Source: Antedon mediterranea (taxonomy: Eukaryota > Animalia > Echinodermata). Taken from it: 64,000 nt of DNA. Location of the stretch: NCBI RefSeq assembly GCF_964355755.1, contig NC_092670.1, positions 13,936,795 to 14,000,794 on the forward strand. The letters run 5' to 3'. The position numbers and the translations under genes are program-made. The notes beneath the pieces are model-generated. The model was not told the DNA's origin and searched no databases. It worked only from the letters and a program-made list of their open reading frames with translations. Positions 37,098 to 58,128 of the stretch are shown one piece after another; position 1 is the stretch's first letter; each line of letters opens with the position of its first letter.

Positions 37098-38118
37098 ATT
37101 CTGTAAACAAAATGACTATAAAATTGATGTTAAACTGTTTATTTTAAAAACATGATTATTTTCTTTATAAAATTGGTCTAAGTAAATAAATGAATCCTGC
37201 CGTATTAAAGAATTCTGATTTCTTTGTCAAAACGAAATTAATAACATAATTTGCCATCTTAAAACTATAAGTACGGTGTTTATCTTACACTTTGATGGTA
37301 ATATTATAATAACACGCGCTATATCACTTTAATTAAACGATTTAATGGACACAATACAATTGATCGATTGTCCACGTGCCAATTGCATAAATAACACAGA
37401 GCTTAGAGATTTAGTGATATATCGGTAATTTATGTTGATACGTTATTAAATAATTTATTATAATATCGCGGTCATAATGCGATGTTTATTCACAAGTGTA
37501 GTATTAAAATCATGGTTTTAAAAGCCCTTTGTATTTCATAATTCCCAAGATGACAAAATAATATGATGAAAATAACATGTTTAAGTTAAATGAGACCGCA
37601 AAAACACATAGATAATTATGTACGCTTTAACCACCACAAATGCTTATTAATATACTGTAAAAAAATCTCGACAAAAAAGTCCATGGGCTTCCTCTTTTTG
37701 GGGACTCTTTGGGTGGACTTATTTTCGAGATGGGATTATTTTCGAGATTACTCAAGAGTGGGGGAGAGAATGAGGGGGGGGGGGGATTCTTTTCGAATGC
37801 TGTGAATTTTGTGAACTGCTACTAAAATAATATGATTGTTTAGACAGTCCCTGCCAAAAACTGTACACTTTTGCCAAAGAAGCAGGAAGGAAGAAGATAC
37901 AATAGGCCATCAAAGCACCATTTGGAAAACAATAAATTATAAAATAAATATCGGAGGATTTAATTTTAAAAGAGCGAAATGGCTAACGAGGCAAAACAAG
38001 ATGAAGAAGACAATTATTTCTCTGTTATATACAATAAATACTTTTATTTCTAGTTAGTATTTTTATTAATTATTTCAATGATTTAGACACGTAGTACACA
38101 AAATAAAAACTGTAAACG

Positions 38119-41100
38119 TCATAGCACAGCAGAAGACGTTCCAACAGCAAATAAACGCATTGTTTTGTCTGTTATTTTATAATGAAACTGACGTGATGCG
38201 TTCCTGTTTGGCCTCCCGTCGTCTAGCTCTCTTCTCATGATGTTTATCTGGAATAGAATAAAAACGAATAAATTTCGATCGAAGTCTATCATCTGTGTCA
38301 TAACTTTCTTTGTGAATTAAAGCATAGAAAATAATAAAAAGGATTGCCATTCAGCACAACATTTCAGGGAAAAAGTATAAGTAACTGAAAAAGTTGTAAA
38401 CGTCCCATAGTGTCTCTGAAAACGGCTATATTTATTTTCATAAAATACATATCAAAGCAGATAAATATAAAGGGACCGAATTGTCTCAGGGCCGAATAGT
38501 CCTGGTTTGAATTAACCCAGGGCCGAAACGGTCCCGGGCCGAATCGTCTCAGGGCCGAATAGTCCTGGTTTGAATTAACCCAGGGCCGAAACGATCCTGG
38601 GCCGAATCGTCTTAGGGCCTAATCGTACCACTACCATAACAATGAATTCATGGGGTATGAATAGAGGCTTTTCTATAGATGGCTACAATTGTACATACCT
38701 GACCATGTACATCCTTTGAGTATCCAGTAGGCAGTGGGTGGCACTCAATGCTATGTGTGCTTCTGTGTAACATGAGTGTATGCAGTTGTTGGTTTGATTC
38801 ATCTAGTGTATCTTTGTCATCATGCACCAGTAATACAACACACCCATTCTGATAAAAAAAACCGGTTTAGCAAGTTTAAAAGGAGTAAATTATATAAAAA
38901 CAGGGAGGATCTAGGATGCCTGAGGGAATATAAGATGATTTGAAAATCTTTACTATTACATGGTTGTGTTTCATAATTCATTTAATCCTAGTGCAACATC
39001 TAAGACAAATTAAGTGGTCAAGTGGTTAAAGCAGGGCACTGTAAATAATAGCCATTATATCAGAATGGGTTATAATTCTAGTGGTAGAACAAGTCTTCCC
39101 GGACAAAGACTTAAAACTGGAAGTCTTGTGTACACATCTGTTGTGTGCACTTTAAAGAACCCAGTAGAATATTCCAGAAGTGTGGGGATGTATCAAGGTG
39201 TACTGGTACATCTCAGCCCCTATGCTTCATGATAGGTTCTGCACTGTGGCTTTGGGTCTGTAAAGGACACTAACTGATAATATAGCTGCATCCATTCTTA
39301 TGTTTACTTTATTTACCTTCCCACAAAACCAGACTTGACAATATTGAATAAAGTCCAGAACTGTGTTGACACTCAAGCCCAGACTGATCAAAACGCTGAC
39401 ATCATCAATAATAAGAGTAACAGGAGAATTGTCACATCCAGACTTAGACAAACGTGTTGTTATATGCACTAACAAAGACTGCAGATCAAGTTTACTATTC
39501 CTGGAAAAGCAATAAAAGAAGATAATTACTATACATCAGGTAAGATTGTATCTTATTCTGCTTACACCACAGCTGATTATCTGTTGATTTCTTTTAAATA
39601 AGCCTACATAACTGGCAATTTCTAGCTAGTCCCTAATACAGGAGGATAACTCCTTAGCTACATCCCTATTAAGAGCGATACTGTCTAATAAAATGCAATA
39701 AGCAGTAATAGGCAATAAACCCCTTTACATGGATTCGGATACCCTTATTTTAATACGGGTATCCATGAAAAGAGGCAAATTCATCAAAATGTAGATACTT
39801 TACCTACTCTACTACAGTATTTACTAGATGCTGTATGCTGAGCCTACATCAAACTAATACACAACCCATATTTGTGCCCTAATGGCTAATTGTAAAGTTC
39901 TGTCTTACCTTATACAGGCCAGTGGAGATGTTTCCGAGTTTTGATTGGCTGGTTGTATTGTTTCTTGAGATAATTGAAGGCCATCAATCACTGTCACCTG
40001 ACCATCATCCCTAGCTTTCATTAAATTTATACCCTGTGATAATGTTCAAATTAATTTAAAATGCGAATCCTATATTGAAACCATGCAATACAGTTGGACA
40101 TTAGGTATGTGAAAATGTCAAATCATAGAGATATTATATAGAACTATAATATCTCTATGGTCAAATTAATCCTCTTACATGTATATATATATACATATAT
40201 CTAAAAATTTAATTATTTTAATAGTTTAAAAACTTTAAGATTAAATTAAACTTTATGTGTCAAAAAAAATGTCATGTGCCCAAATATGGATACTTTGACG
40301 TTTACTACCATATTTGGGCACATCAAAAACAGTTTAGACCATGGAGGTATAAAATGAAATAAGTCTATGTGAGACCGAATGAATTGTTACTAGGAACATT
40401 CAACGAAACGTATCGACAACTTACAAGCTTGTGTGCAACTGAACAATAGTGACTAAATGTTTGTGACAAACACAGCAGGCACACCTTACTTCTTCCTATG
40501 AGACAGAAAAAAAAGGATTTACTTCAAAGAAGTAAGAATGGGAATTTGTTGTTGTGCCTCATAATTACTAATAAAAATATTCAAGAATGCTGAAGTTCTG
40601 TGAACTATTTTATATTAATAGTACAGGAAACAAATTTTATAAAACGTATTATAATTGTTTTGAAATAATACTGTACCTTTAACATAAAGACTAATGAAAT
40701 GATGAATTAGAAAATTTGCATCAATGTTTGAATCAGCGATAGTAATAACTTCACCCTTAAAATATAAAATACAAATAAACTGAGTATAGAATAGTATAGG
40801 CCGATCCCCTATTATAGTAGTCTTATTTTAATAATTCATGTCGCCTTGAGCTATAGTTAATCTAGGCCTTGCATTTATTATTTATGCATAATACTAATTT
40901 AATTATTACTAGGCCTAGGCCTATTTAGTTGAAGTTGAGCAATAAATTATACATAAAAGTTAAGGTTCTAATCAAAGTTGGGGCTGAAACTTAATCATAA
41001 TTATGCTAGGCCAATTTGATCACTTCCTGTAAAACACTAATACCCTATGTCTCGTTCACATCCCGCTACAACTCGATATGTCATGTAGTCGTGTGCCATG

Positions 41101-41264
41101 CTGTGTGCATTTGATAGCCTAGCCTACTAGGTCTTCTAACAAAAGGAAAGTCAAGGAAAACTAGCAATTGACCCTTAACGTAGTATATAATATAATACAA
41201 ATATAATTACCTGTGGTAGATTATTCACATCAAATTGCAGGACTTCATTCAAATCATTAAACAT
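38119..41264 (-). CDS. ELP6: Elongator complex protein 6, 263 aa, 7 exons
   Basis: Exons 41264-41211, 40755-40677, 40495-40425, 40033-39909, 39500-39317, 38848-38699 and 38247-38119, all GT-AG and phase-consistent (792 bp). Motifs MFNDLN, FLIHHFISLY, QTFSHY, IDDVSVLISLG, TGYSKDVHGQ and YKITDKTMRLFAVGTSSAVL match the ELP6 family. Confidence 0.93.
38471..38630. repeat. 61-bp tandem duplication built from GGGCCGAA subrepeats in ELP6 intron 6
   Basis: GGGCCGAATAGTCCTGGTTTGAATTAACCCAGGGCCGAAACG occurs twice. Confidence 0.8.
39013..39222 (+). mobile_element. Diverged tRNA-derived SINE in ELP6 intron 5
   Basis: A-box-like TGGTCAAGTGG; core GTGGTAGAAC..GTCTTC...GTGCACTTTAAAGAACC shared with the SINEs at 49.9 and 61.2 kb. 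Confidence 0.65.
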
Positions 41265-41454
41265 TTTTGATAAAATTTCCGTCAAAAAAAGATCGAAAAA
41301 AGTAAATACTTAGACAGCGCCCGCTATAAACAAGACATTTTTTTAGTATATAAAAAATAAGATCTTTGAATTTTATCGATCAAAGATATGATATCTTTAT
41401 TCCATTTTGGTTGAGGGCAGCATTAATAAAAACAGTCTGTTAAAAATAAGCAAA
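41265..41454. promoter_or_regulatory. Compact bidirectional promoter and 5' UTRs of ELP6 and FAF2
   Basis: Divergent start codons are separated by 190 bp; DRE-like TATCGAT near 41374. Confidence 0.7.
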
Positions 41455-44400
41455 ATGGCGGAAGGTAGTGAAATAACGCCTGAACAAACCGAGCAATTAA
41501 TTCAGTTCCAGGTAAGTTTTGGTATTTTTTTTACTTTAAAGTTGCTTTTGTTATGTATATTTATCTATTGGTATATCATTTGCGGTAGTTGTTAGTGATT
41601 TTCAGGTATTTTGAAGACCATATCTTAGGCCTAGTTTGGAGAGTATTATAATCCTCAACCAGCAGAAGAAAGCAACAAACAACCGGGATTACTCAACTGC
41701 AACCAAACACGTCAGACCAGGATACTAGGCCTAAGCGATTATGAAACACCGCCGATGACTGTCATAGGTTACGTACGAGATACAGACAATTAAATAAATA
41801 ACACTAAACTTGGTTATATTGTACTTTTGCAAAAGCCCACCACTACAAGACAGACGAAAAGATGCATTTTAATAACATTTAAAAACAATTAGACTTTTTA
41901 TCATTCATTTACTATTTTAGGACTTGACTGGAATAGAAGACATGGACAAGTGCAGGCAAATTCTGGAACGTCATAATTGGAATATAGAGGTTTGTATTGT
42001 AATTTAACAACATACAAATAGTATCAAAATCAAATAAAAATAAATAGATCCTAAATAACACTACACATGCATAAGGAACTAAGTAATCAATTTAACCTCT
42101 GGAGGCTTAAAATGTTTAGAAAATATAAGGGCTGATTAGGTGTAACTTATTTGTCATTTTCACTCTTTAAAAACCTTTCATTTTAAACAGATTGCTGTGC
42201 AAGACACTTTTAATGAATCAGAGGGAAGACCATCAGTATTCGAGGACCAAGTTAGGGAACGTAGACGAGAGGTAGAACCTGTAGTCAATGTAAATCCTGT
42301 AGATCAAAGGTGCAGATAATTTCTTTCTTAGCAAAAAATAAACAACAAGACCAACCTCCGCCTAGAGGAGTAAAAAGAGAAAATGGATCAAGAATTGTGA
42401 TAAAGATCCGTCTTTTAATTTTGATAAAAATACAATAATAGGGCTCATATAAGTTGACACGTTTGGGACCTAACTATTATTCTTAATAGGGGTGTCCCAA
42501 GCAAAGGGAAATACTACTGTACTATACATGGAAAAAGTAGATTCTGTAGTACAAAAATATAACCAAAACATTTATTCTTTTATTCACAGAGTTTTTACAA
42601 TAATTAGACCTCAACCTGTAACCACATGGTCTCAGTGGTTCACCATGCTTGTGATATCACCCTTTCGTTTCACATTCTCCACATTCTATGGCATATTTAA
42701 TTGGGTACGACGTCTCATATGGCCAGATCCGCGCCGCATAGTCGTCGACCCAGTGGCGGATGTCATGTCTTTTATTCATAATTACGAAGAAACATATGGT
42801 GCTATTCATCCCACGTTTTATCAAGGAACTTATAGCCAGGTAAAGTGTTCAATTGACATTTGATGGTCAGTTTGGGGCAGCCCAATCTACTTGTTTAGTT
42901 TAACGACTTATGTTTGTGTTCTTATGAAAAATATGATATACTATTAATAATGCTACCAGTCTAATTTCACTTATTTCTATACCTAGTGTTATGACTTACA
43001 TCTTGGTTAATATTTATTCGGTAACCGTAATTATTATGTATTTAATTTCAGGCAGTCAATGATGCAAAGAAAGAACTCAAATTTCTGTTAGTGTATTTGC
43101 ACAGTGGAGAGCATCAAGATACACCTTCATTTTGTAGGCAAGTTTGTTCTGTCTACACTACCAAACCTTATGTGACAACAAATATAATGTGCCAATATAT
43201 GGATATGATGATTATGCATTATAAATTTTGATTTCTGTTTTAGAGAGACTTTAGGCAACACAGATGTATGTGAATTTATCAATACACGCATGTTATTTTG
43301 GGCAGCATCTATAGACACCCCTGAGGGATATAGAGGTAAGCTCACTTTCTTTGTATTTTTTGACAAATTTACTGGAATTTGGGTACAAGGGAATTCTGAG
43401 AGAAAAAGTAGCCCAGTAATATAAACCATATCAAAATGTTGTTTCTTTATTTCAGTATCATTAACACTAAGAGAAAACACCTACCCATTCCTAGCAATTA
43501 TTGTACAAAGAGATAGTAGAATGACAGTTGTTGCTCGTATAGAGGGAGCAATTAAGCCGCAAGATTTGATACAGCGGTTAACACGCGTTATGAACGATAT
43601 GGAAGGTTACCTGGTAGCTGCACGCCATGACCGTGAAGCGCGCCAATTCACGCAGACGCTACGTCAACAGCAAGATCAGGCCTACGAAGAATCTCTAAAA
43701 GCTGATCAGGAAAAAGTAGGTCTAAATTATGTACAGTAGTACAGTAAAACCTCTATTATTAGAGACCAATAAAGTGTCCCTTTATTAGGGTTTACATTTT
43801 GTAACTGCCCTAAAAATAATGCGAGTGATATTCGTTATTCAAGTCCAACACCCAAGGTGCTCCTTTATTCCTGTTTCTTGAATGTGAACCAGATTACTAA
43901 AACAAAACATAACAATGACCTATAAATGCATGTCTAGCAATATATGTGGCTCCTTAAGCGTCAAACTGAAAAGTTTTGTGTTTAAGTTAAAACAAACAAT
44001 ATAAAAGACGATCCCTTAAAATGGACCTGAAATGGATTTTCGATTTTTTTCATTTTAGAATGATGTTTTGGAGGCTATTAGGTGTTGCTAGAATGTATAT
44101 TGTTACAAAATATAAATTGGCCCTTTTGGGGAAAGCCCCATTTGAAAATCAAAAAAATTCGCGGGTGACGTCACTTTGCAGTTTTTTGGCTATAACTCTT
44201 GAAATCTATGAATGAATTTTATTCATATTTTACTTTGGCTTGACAATGAGCGCAGCAAGTTGTTGATATCGCTTTGGTCTTGGATGCACATGAAACGGAG
44301 CCTCGCCGCATGATGTGGGTGGTGGATCGACTCCGCGCACTGGATTGGGGGCCTAGGCCTAGTAAAGGTTTGGGAGGTAGGCCTTCTAAATTCGGGTTTT

Positions 44401-46938
44401 AGAACAAACGAAGTACATTTTAGGGACCTATATTTCAACAACATTAGATATTGAATAAATTAGTATTAGTGTCAACGCTTCGCGTATCTTTCCAGGCCGT
44501 CGATCATTCACTGACTATCGGGGCGGCATACACGCTCTCGATATCATCGTGTGTATATGTGACGTCGTGAATATAGAGGCTTCCGACGGCCGTTGAAATA
44601 GAATATTGCAATGGCGTGAGTAATTTTCGCTAATTTACCATGGTATCTTAAAATTTCGTTTTTACTCAAAATACTATACATTTTGTTTTTATTTGTATGG
44701 GTTTGTGTTAATTTGATGCATTTAAATAACATGTGTGAATTTCTTGAAAATCGAAATTCCATTTCAGGTCCATTTTAAACTAATTAAAAATGCAAAACCG
44801 TGTCGTCATAGCAACGGATAACAAAATCCTTGCGGTTAACTCCTCCTACAACGACGCGACACCTACATGCCATTGACATTGTATACGTAAATCAATTAAA
44901 ATGATCACATGAACTATAAAGTTTTGCGAAGATTATCATAACTATAGTATCCAGGTGCATAATGCAATGCAGTAACTTTAACAATGAATTATTAATACTA
45001 ATACTTAGTAAATGATTAAATTAAGGTACAACAGGTCCAAGCTATATCTCATCAATATAATAGGCCTAGCTAGGTAACATAACCGAAATTAATGGCGTCT
45101 CAATAGAACTTGGTCTAATAACATTAAATCTATATGAGTTATTGATCAATAAATGTAGCGGAATGCAGCTTACCGAAAATAGCAAAGTCACCCGCTATCT
45201 GCAGTACATAAACAATTCAGGTAAATATCAAAAATTAAACAATATATGTCAATATCCTATAATAAAAGTCACTAGCTGTGATCATACATCCTCTCCTCTC
45301 TAATGCAAGATACTGTACCTCTCCTCACATGGTCCTAAAATGACATCATTTTCTTAATAATGCGCCCTCTCTAAATATAAACTAGTTTGGGACCAAACAC
45401 ATTTGTTTATCAGAAAATTGTCCAATTAATAACCTGGTTTGATCATTCTATTTTACATAGACTGATTTTAAAATAAACATTACTGATATAAAACATTTTA
45501 TTTTTCCCAGGCACGGAAAAGAAAAGAAGAAGATGATAAAAAGAAAATGGAAGAGATTAATGCTCAAAAATTAGCTGATGAAGAAGAACGAAAAATACAG
45601 GTGCTGCAATATACAATCCTAATATTAAAACAAGATGTTATAAAAAAAAAAACAGAAAATATATTTCTAAACGTAAAATACTATACAAAATAACAAATTC
45701 CTGTTCAAAATCTAGGTTATTAATAATATTAATTAATAAACTACTACGGTACTTTCCAGTGGCATGCATTTTCCGCTCACTTTGTGGTGACAAACCCCCA
45801 AAATTAAACCGACTTTTTGCTAATGTCCAGTCCACCCCCAAACATTCGAAGTGGATCAACACCATAATAATGATGGTGCTTCAGTATGGTTGTTAGGCCT
45901 GATTACGTTTTTACCATCCATTAATAATAAATTAATGGGTTAGTTTGGTTTTAAAATTGTCCAAAGAGGTAAAGAGTTTATAATAATAGTTCATTCCTAC
46001 GTAGCATAAACAGTCCATGTGCTTATAATGTTTATGAATAATATCGTAATGATGTCTCATAATTCATGGATACTTTTTAATAATTTTTTTTAGGAGAGAG
46101 ACGAACTCAAACGTCAGAAACTTGAAAGTTTACCAGTAGAAGCAGATGCAAATGATGCAGATTCCATCAAAGTAGTGTTTAAGATGCCAAACGGCATGAG
46201 GCTGGAAAGGTGCTTTCTCAACTCACAATCATTACAAGTAAGGATTTTCTCTTATTTATCTCAACAATTGTAAACACTTTATACAATTCTTCCTAAAGAG
46301 TTTGAACAGGCAAAGATGTTTTAACCAAAATGATAACTGTTCCCCTAATTTTGCCAACCCTAAAAAGTTTGAACCTTACAGGGGAAGATGTTCTAACCAA
46401 AACATATTATTTTCAATAATTGTTTTCCTAATTTTACCAACTTATGCTTATACAATTTGCCCTAAAGAGTTTGAACCTTACAGGGGAAGATGTTCTAACC
46501 AAAACGTGTTATTTTCGATAATTGTTCTCCTAATTTTGATGACCTATTTTATAGCATGCTTACAATGAACATATTAGCTATATTCATTTGTTCATTCACT
46601 TCACCATGTTTTTCCTTTAATAATAAAATAAAATAAATTGGTATGAATAGTGAATGTTTTTCCTTTCAACTCATAAACATTCATTATTTGTACATTATAC
46701 ACAAATTTCATTGATAATTAAACCCAGTTACAGTATTATTTTTTCTCTTGTTTTTAAGGTGGTATACGATTATATATTCGTACAAGATGATGTCCCTAAT
46801 GAATTCCAAATTGTAACAAATTACCCTCGTCGCGTTTTACAATGTCAATCAACGGACGACGTACCGACAGTTCAGACGTTATCAGAAGCAGGCCTACAAA
46901 AGAGAGAGATGCTGTATGTACAAGACATTAGCGACTGA
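41455..46938 (+). CDS. FAF2: FAS-associated factor 2 / UBXD8 (UBA-hairpin-UAS-coiled coil-UBX), 448 aa, 10 exons
   Basis: Exons 41455-41511, 41921-41989, 42191-42309, 42590-42839, 43052-43137, 43244-43335, 43456-43715, 45511-45600, 46094-46237 and 46759-46938 (1347 bp, phase-consistent). Motifs EQTEQLIQFQDLTGIE, HPTFYQGTYSQA, KFLLVYLH, PEGYRVS, ENTYPFLA and NYPRR. Confidence 0.95.
44020..44774. mobile_element. 755-bp TTAA-TSD non-autonomous DNA transposon (Kolobok-like) in FAF2 intron 7
   Basis: 28-bp TIR AATGGACCTGAAATGGA(T/A)TTTCGATTTT with one mismatch; TTAA at 44016-19 and 44775-78. Confidence 0.85.
46278..46565. repeat. Short degenerate tandem repeat in FAF2 intron 9
   Basis: CCTAAA(G/A)AGTTTGAAC...AAGATGTT(C/T)TAACCAAAA occurs three times. 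Confidence 0.7.
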
Positions 46939-49901
46939 ACAATAACAGTGTTGACCTTTAACCTTATTGAGCAATACCTATTGGCTTATTAGTGTTACAG
47001 TATATGCGATAAACATCTGAACAAAATGTGTTCGACAGAAGATGTAGGAGATTGATGAAAAGTTATGTTGAGAGAAAAAAAAACATGTAATTGTAAACAT
47101 TTTTTAGAAAAGTAGGTTCCAGATGACATATCGTGATTGATCATAAAACATATGCAACCAAAATGTGTTAACACGATAGCATCTAAATGTATTTTGCAAA
47201 CATTTTAAACTGTAGCTGAAAAAAGGCGATAAATTTTGTTTGATATTAGTAATTTTTTTTGTTTTAGTTTGTGATGATAGTGATTAATATTTATATTTTT
47301 TACAATTATTAATATTATGTAGCAATTCATAAAGGCAGCAGTGGTACCATGCAATAATATAAAAATATTATTTTAATATCTCTTGAGTTTTTTCAGAAAA
47401 GATGATGACTCAATTACTATTGATAGATACTTTTTCGCGGTTAGGTCTAAAAATTTAACTAAAAAATACTGCACTTTACTAATTGTTTTTTCATTTTTGG
47501 AAATTTCGCATGTTAAAATGTGTTTTTTAGTACGGTTTAAAATGTAAAATATGAAAAAAGATACATTTTTCATCAAATCTATTGTCTTATTTAGCATGCA
47601 TTTATAATATAAAAAAGATAAACAAAATTGGTGCTTTTTTGCTGACACTTTTGAATAAAACTCGATTTACTTATATTTATAATGATAGTTATAGTAGTTG
47701 AGGATTTAGACATATACAATTCCTACCTTTAAATTAAAGTATAAAACTGCTTATTTTTTATCTAGTATGTCAAAATGATTCTACTGCAGTAACTATATTT
47801 TGTTTGTACTCCTTAACCTATTTATATAATTAGTTAGAAAGTTTATCCCAGTGACTGCCTCATAAACATCTACATTGTACATACTAAAGCACTGTCTATT
47901 CTAAGTGTTTTTGTATTAGCAGCTTAGGTTAGTTTTGTTGTCAAATATCACATTAATGTTATATAAGTGCTACAGAATTACCAATGGTACATTGAATACC
48001 GCGGAAAAAGCGTCGCTGTTGCCCGGTATTTATGTAGCCCCAATTCCGACTTGTAGCCATCCACTGTCTCAATTCAGTTTTTGTTTTAGGTGTTTTTTTT
48101 TAATACGGGTAAGCATGAAAACACAAATTCAGATCAATTACTGTCAAATCACAGCCACAATGAAAATACAGTACGACCCCCCTCCCATGTTCGGGACACC
48201 CCCGTTAAGGGGGTACTTTCCCGCGAAACGAATCCGGGAAATATTTTAACAATCAATCCCGTTTCAATTGACACTGCACACTGTATATGCGTTTTCAATT
48301 ATTTACGATAGTAAGAAATATTTTATCTCAACAAATTGTTTATGATAGGTTATACCTTGACACTCCAACTCGTTCTATCGATGTTAATAAATTTAAGAGT
48401 TTACCTGAGAAATCGTTTTTTGTCTGTGTTGTTTTTTTTTAATGCCAAAACGTTATGCTTTAATTTGTGTTGCAGTTGTGTCTTGCATAATCATACCCCA
48501 TCCCCACTTTTGACGTCTGGTTTAACAGCTTTTGTGGGCACAAAGGGTTTGAGAAAACCATATCAGGATCTTTGATTTACTTTATTCAATTTTCGGCATG
48601 TTGCTTCCCTGCGTGATTTTCTGAACAACAATGGCACAAATCATAATGACAATGCGCGCTACAAAACATAAATTTAAATGGTGTTCATTAACAATGTATT
48701 TTAATATTACTACTGCTATTGGTATTATGATTATAATAAACAGTGGTAAAGTATAAAATATGAATTTCCCACGGGTTATCCTCACAAAGGGGGTTGTACT
48801 CTAGCAGTATATATCATCATAGGTTATCCATATTAAGTGTATTGTTCGAATTAATAAATATTAAGTATTTAATTTTAAATTCTGCTTTTGGAAGATGCTT
48901 TAATCTTAATGTGCAGGTTGTGCATGTCACTTTGTTTCTGTATTTTTATTTTAAATTCTGCTTTTTGAAAAATGCTTTAATCTGAATGTGCAAGTCGTAC
49001 ACGTCACTTTCTGTATTCTTAAGCGTTTTCCCCCTGAAAAAATAATTCTTAAAATGTTGTTGTTGAATATTCCATTTTAATGTAACATAATAGTTATCCA
49101 CTTTGACCAAAAATTGGATAGAAAAAAATGTATTTACCTGAAAAAAAATGCAATTTAAAGCAAAAAATTGTCAAATTGGCTGCCAGCCAATGGATTTTTG
49201 GTTGAATTTAACCATTTATCATATAAGTGAAAACATTATTTTTTCCCGTTTTTTTTCTACGGAAGTGATTCACTTTATTAAAACTACAAAATAACATATT
49301 CAAAGTCTGATTTAATTAATCTTCATTTTTCATGTTTTTGGGGGACAATACATCTTTAAAGTACGTTTACCAAGTGCGTCGAGTCTATTTCGTTACACGG
49401 CAGAAACATGTTTTGTGTGACGATAGAGAGGGCGCACTTTACAATTAGGTTCACCGCTGAACAATCTCCTTCAATATTGTATTATCGTCAAAAATGTCTT
49501 GTTTCTTACAAATCGCTTCGTATGTACAAACAAAGGGGTCGTTGTTTCAACCAATACCCAAATGTACTAGCCCTACGGTATATTATCATAAAACAAATTC
49601 TAATTTAAAACGTAGTAGGCCTAACAGCTCTCAAATAGACGTGTCGTTCTATATCAACTTCACAATGTAGAGATCTGAATTGCTAAAATAAAAAGATTCA
49701 AAATATAGGCCTACTTACCATTTATTTAAATCGAATCTTTCGCCTGTAAACATATGTCAGCACTGCTATCTGCCTACTGAATGTATGTATGCATCTGTTT
49801 ATCGCTAATGTAAAGTTAAACATTCCAGATACGATTGTCCAGGTGGTTTAATGCACTCAAGTGACTACAATCCGTAAAACGTGTTTAGTTAACCTGAATA
49901 A

Positions 49902-50219
49902 TTGTTTGTTTGTTTGTTTTATCTTTATACTGGGTGACCTCTTCAGTCAAAGACTGGTCTCCCAGAGGGCCCAGTTGGTGATCAGTGGCTGTGATGTACT
50001 AATACACCGGGGTAACCCCCTACTCGTCTCGAAAGATGTACTAGGTTCTTTAAAGTGCACACGAGCTAGATGTGTACACTGGACCTACGGTTTATAGTCC
50101 TTATCCGAGAAGACTCGTTCTACCACCAGAACCATGGAGTGAGTGAGCCTCGAACCCCTGCCGATGTTATGGCTACGTGATTACGGTTTCACTGTCTTAA
50201 CCGCTCGGCCACTCACTCA
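49902..50219 (-). mobile_element. tRNA-derived SINE with Deu/Nin-like core
   Basis: On the - strand: A-box TGGCCGAGCGG, B-box GGTTCGAGGC, core CTTCTCGGATAAGGACTATAAACCGTAGGTCC...GCACTTTAAAGAACC, and an (AAAC)n tail. Confidence 0.85.
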
Positions 50220-51578
50220 ATCTTATCTGAGGTCGACGAAAGTTATACACTACATGGTGGTCTCAGCATGGATTACCTCTCCCACCAGTGGTCTCAAGAT
50301 TAAGTGTTCGATTGCTGTCCGCTGAGATCTAGGCTTAACCCATGGAGGGTCAGAAAACCTTTTTGTTAAACACATAAGACAATATTCATGCCTTACATTT
50401 GATTAAAGCCGAGCAATTTATTTAAAATATAAAATAAAGAGAATAGAAAATAATTAATATTTTGATATTAAAAAAAGTATAACACAAATAAATAAATGAG
50501 ATAAAAACAAAATTATAGTCTCAAAAAAAGTTTAATAAAACATTTTAAAACGACCACAACACTCCGTTTGCAAAATCAGTGTAATAATAGTAAATATTTA
50601 TCGTACCCTTATGTATTAATTTATGCCATAACCGTAGTGTTCCATAAATACGTGTTCAAAGGTAATCTGAATGTAATATTTATTTCCCGACATGCATTGT
50701 ATAAGCTTCGTCCATTTTACTTCCGTTTCTCCTCGTAAAGTTCGTGATAAGTTTATTTATTTTCAAAATATATACGAACACCTAAAAAGTCAACATTGTC
50801 GAAAATATATAATAAATAAATAACAACTCTCCGACATATCAGAAAAAACACTAGTCTATAGGTTCTAGCTATGTTTCGAATTGATATTATTAAAGATAAA
50901 TGTTTTTTGCGTTTCATATGTATAATAACACAACAAATTAAAGCAGGCACCTCTCAAAATTGGATGTATGGTGCATATTATTATGCGGTGCAGCTTTCGT
51001 TAAAAATAGGAACATTTAAAATAATAAATATCTTTTAAACTAGGCAATTAATTATTCACCACAATTATTATTCACACTTTTTCTTATGAACATTATTTTA
51101 AAAAGGAAGATTCATATTTTCAAGAATAATACTGTACTATATTATTAATTTACAGTTAAAACGATTATGCATAGCTATTATAATAAATAAGTTAATTATG
51201 TAGTAACTAATAATGTATTGTAACCTTGTTCTTATTAATACAGAAATCAAGCTTCCTGGCGTCCGAATGATGATCTGACATGATGATACGCGTAGTCTAT
51301 CACGTGCTTAAACGTCACAGCAAAATTAATGTAGAGGTTTATCAAGGATTTGTTTACTACCGATTATATATGTAATAAAATATCAATAATAGAATAGAAA
51401 TTTTAAGTATAATGTCTGTTATAGGATGTGATCTGATGAACAGAAGAGGTCATCAGCCAGATTCATTAAATTGCTTCACAAAAAAAAATGTAAAAAAAAA
51501 AAAAAACACAATATGATGTGTCGTTTGCGCACCCCTCCCCTCTACCCGTAGTAATACGGGGCGCAACAAATACAAATA

Positions 51579-58128
<6,550 letters not shown>

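Noticed and set aside
43127-43480. 117-aa antisense ORF within FAF2
   Set aside because: A shadow of FAF2 exons and introns with no independent coding features.
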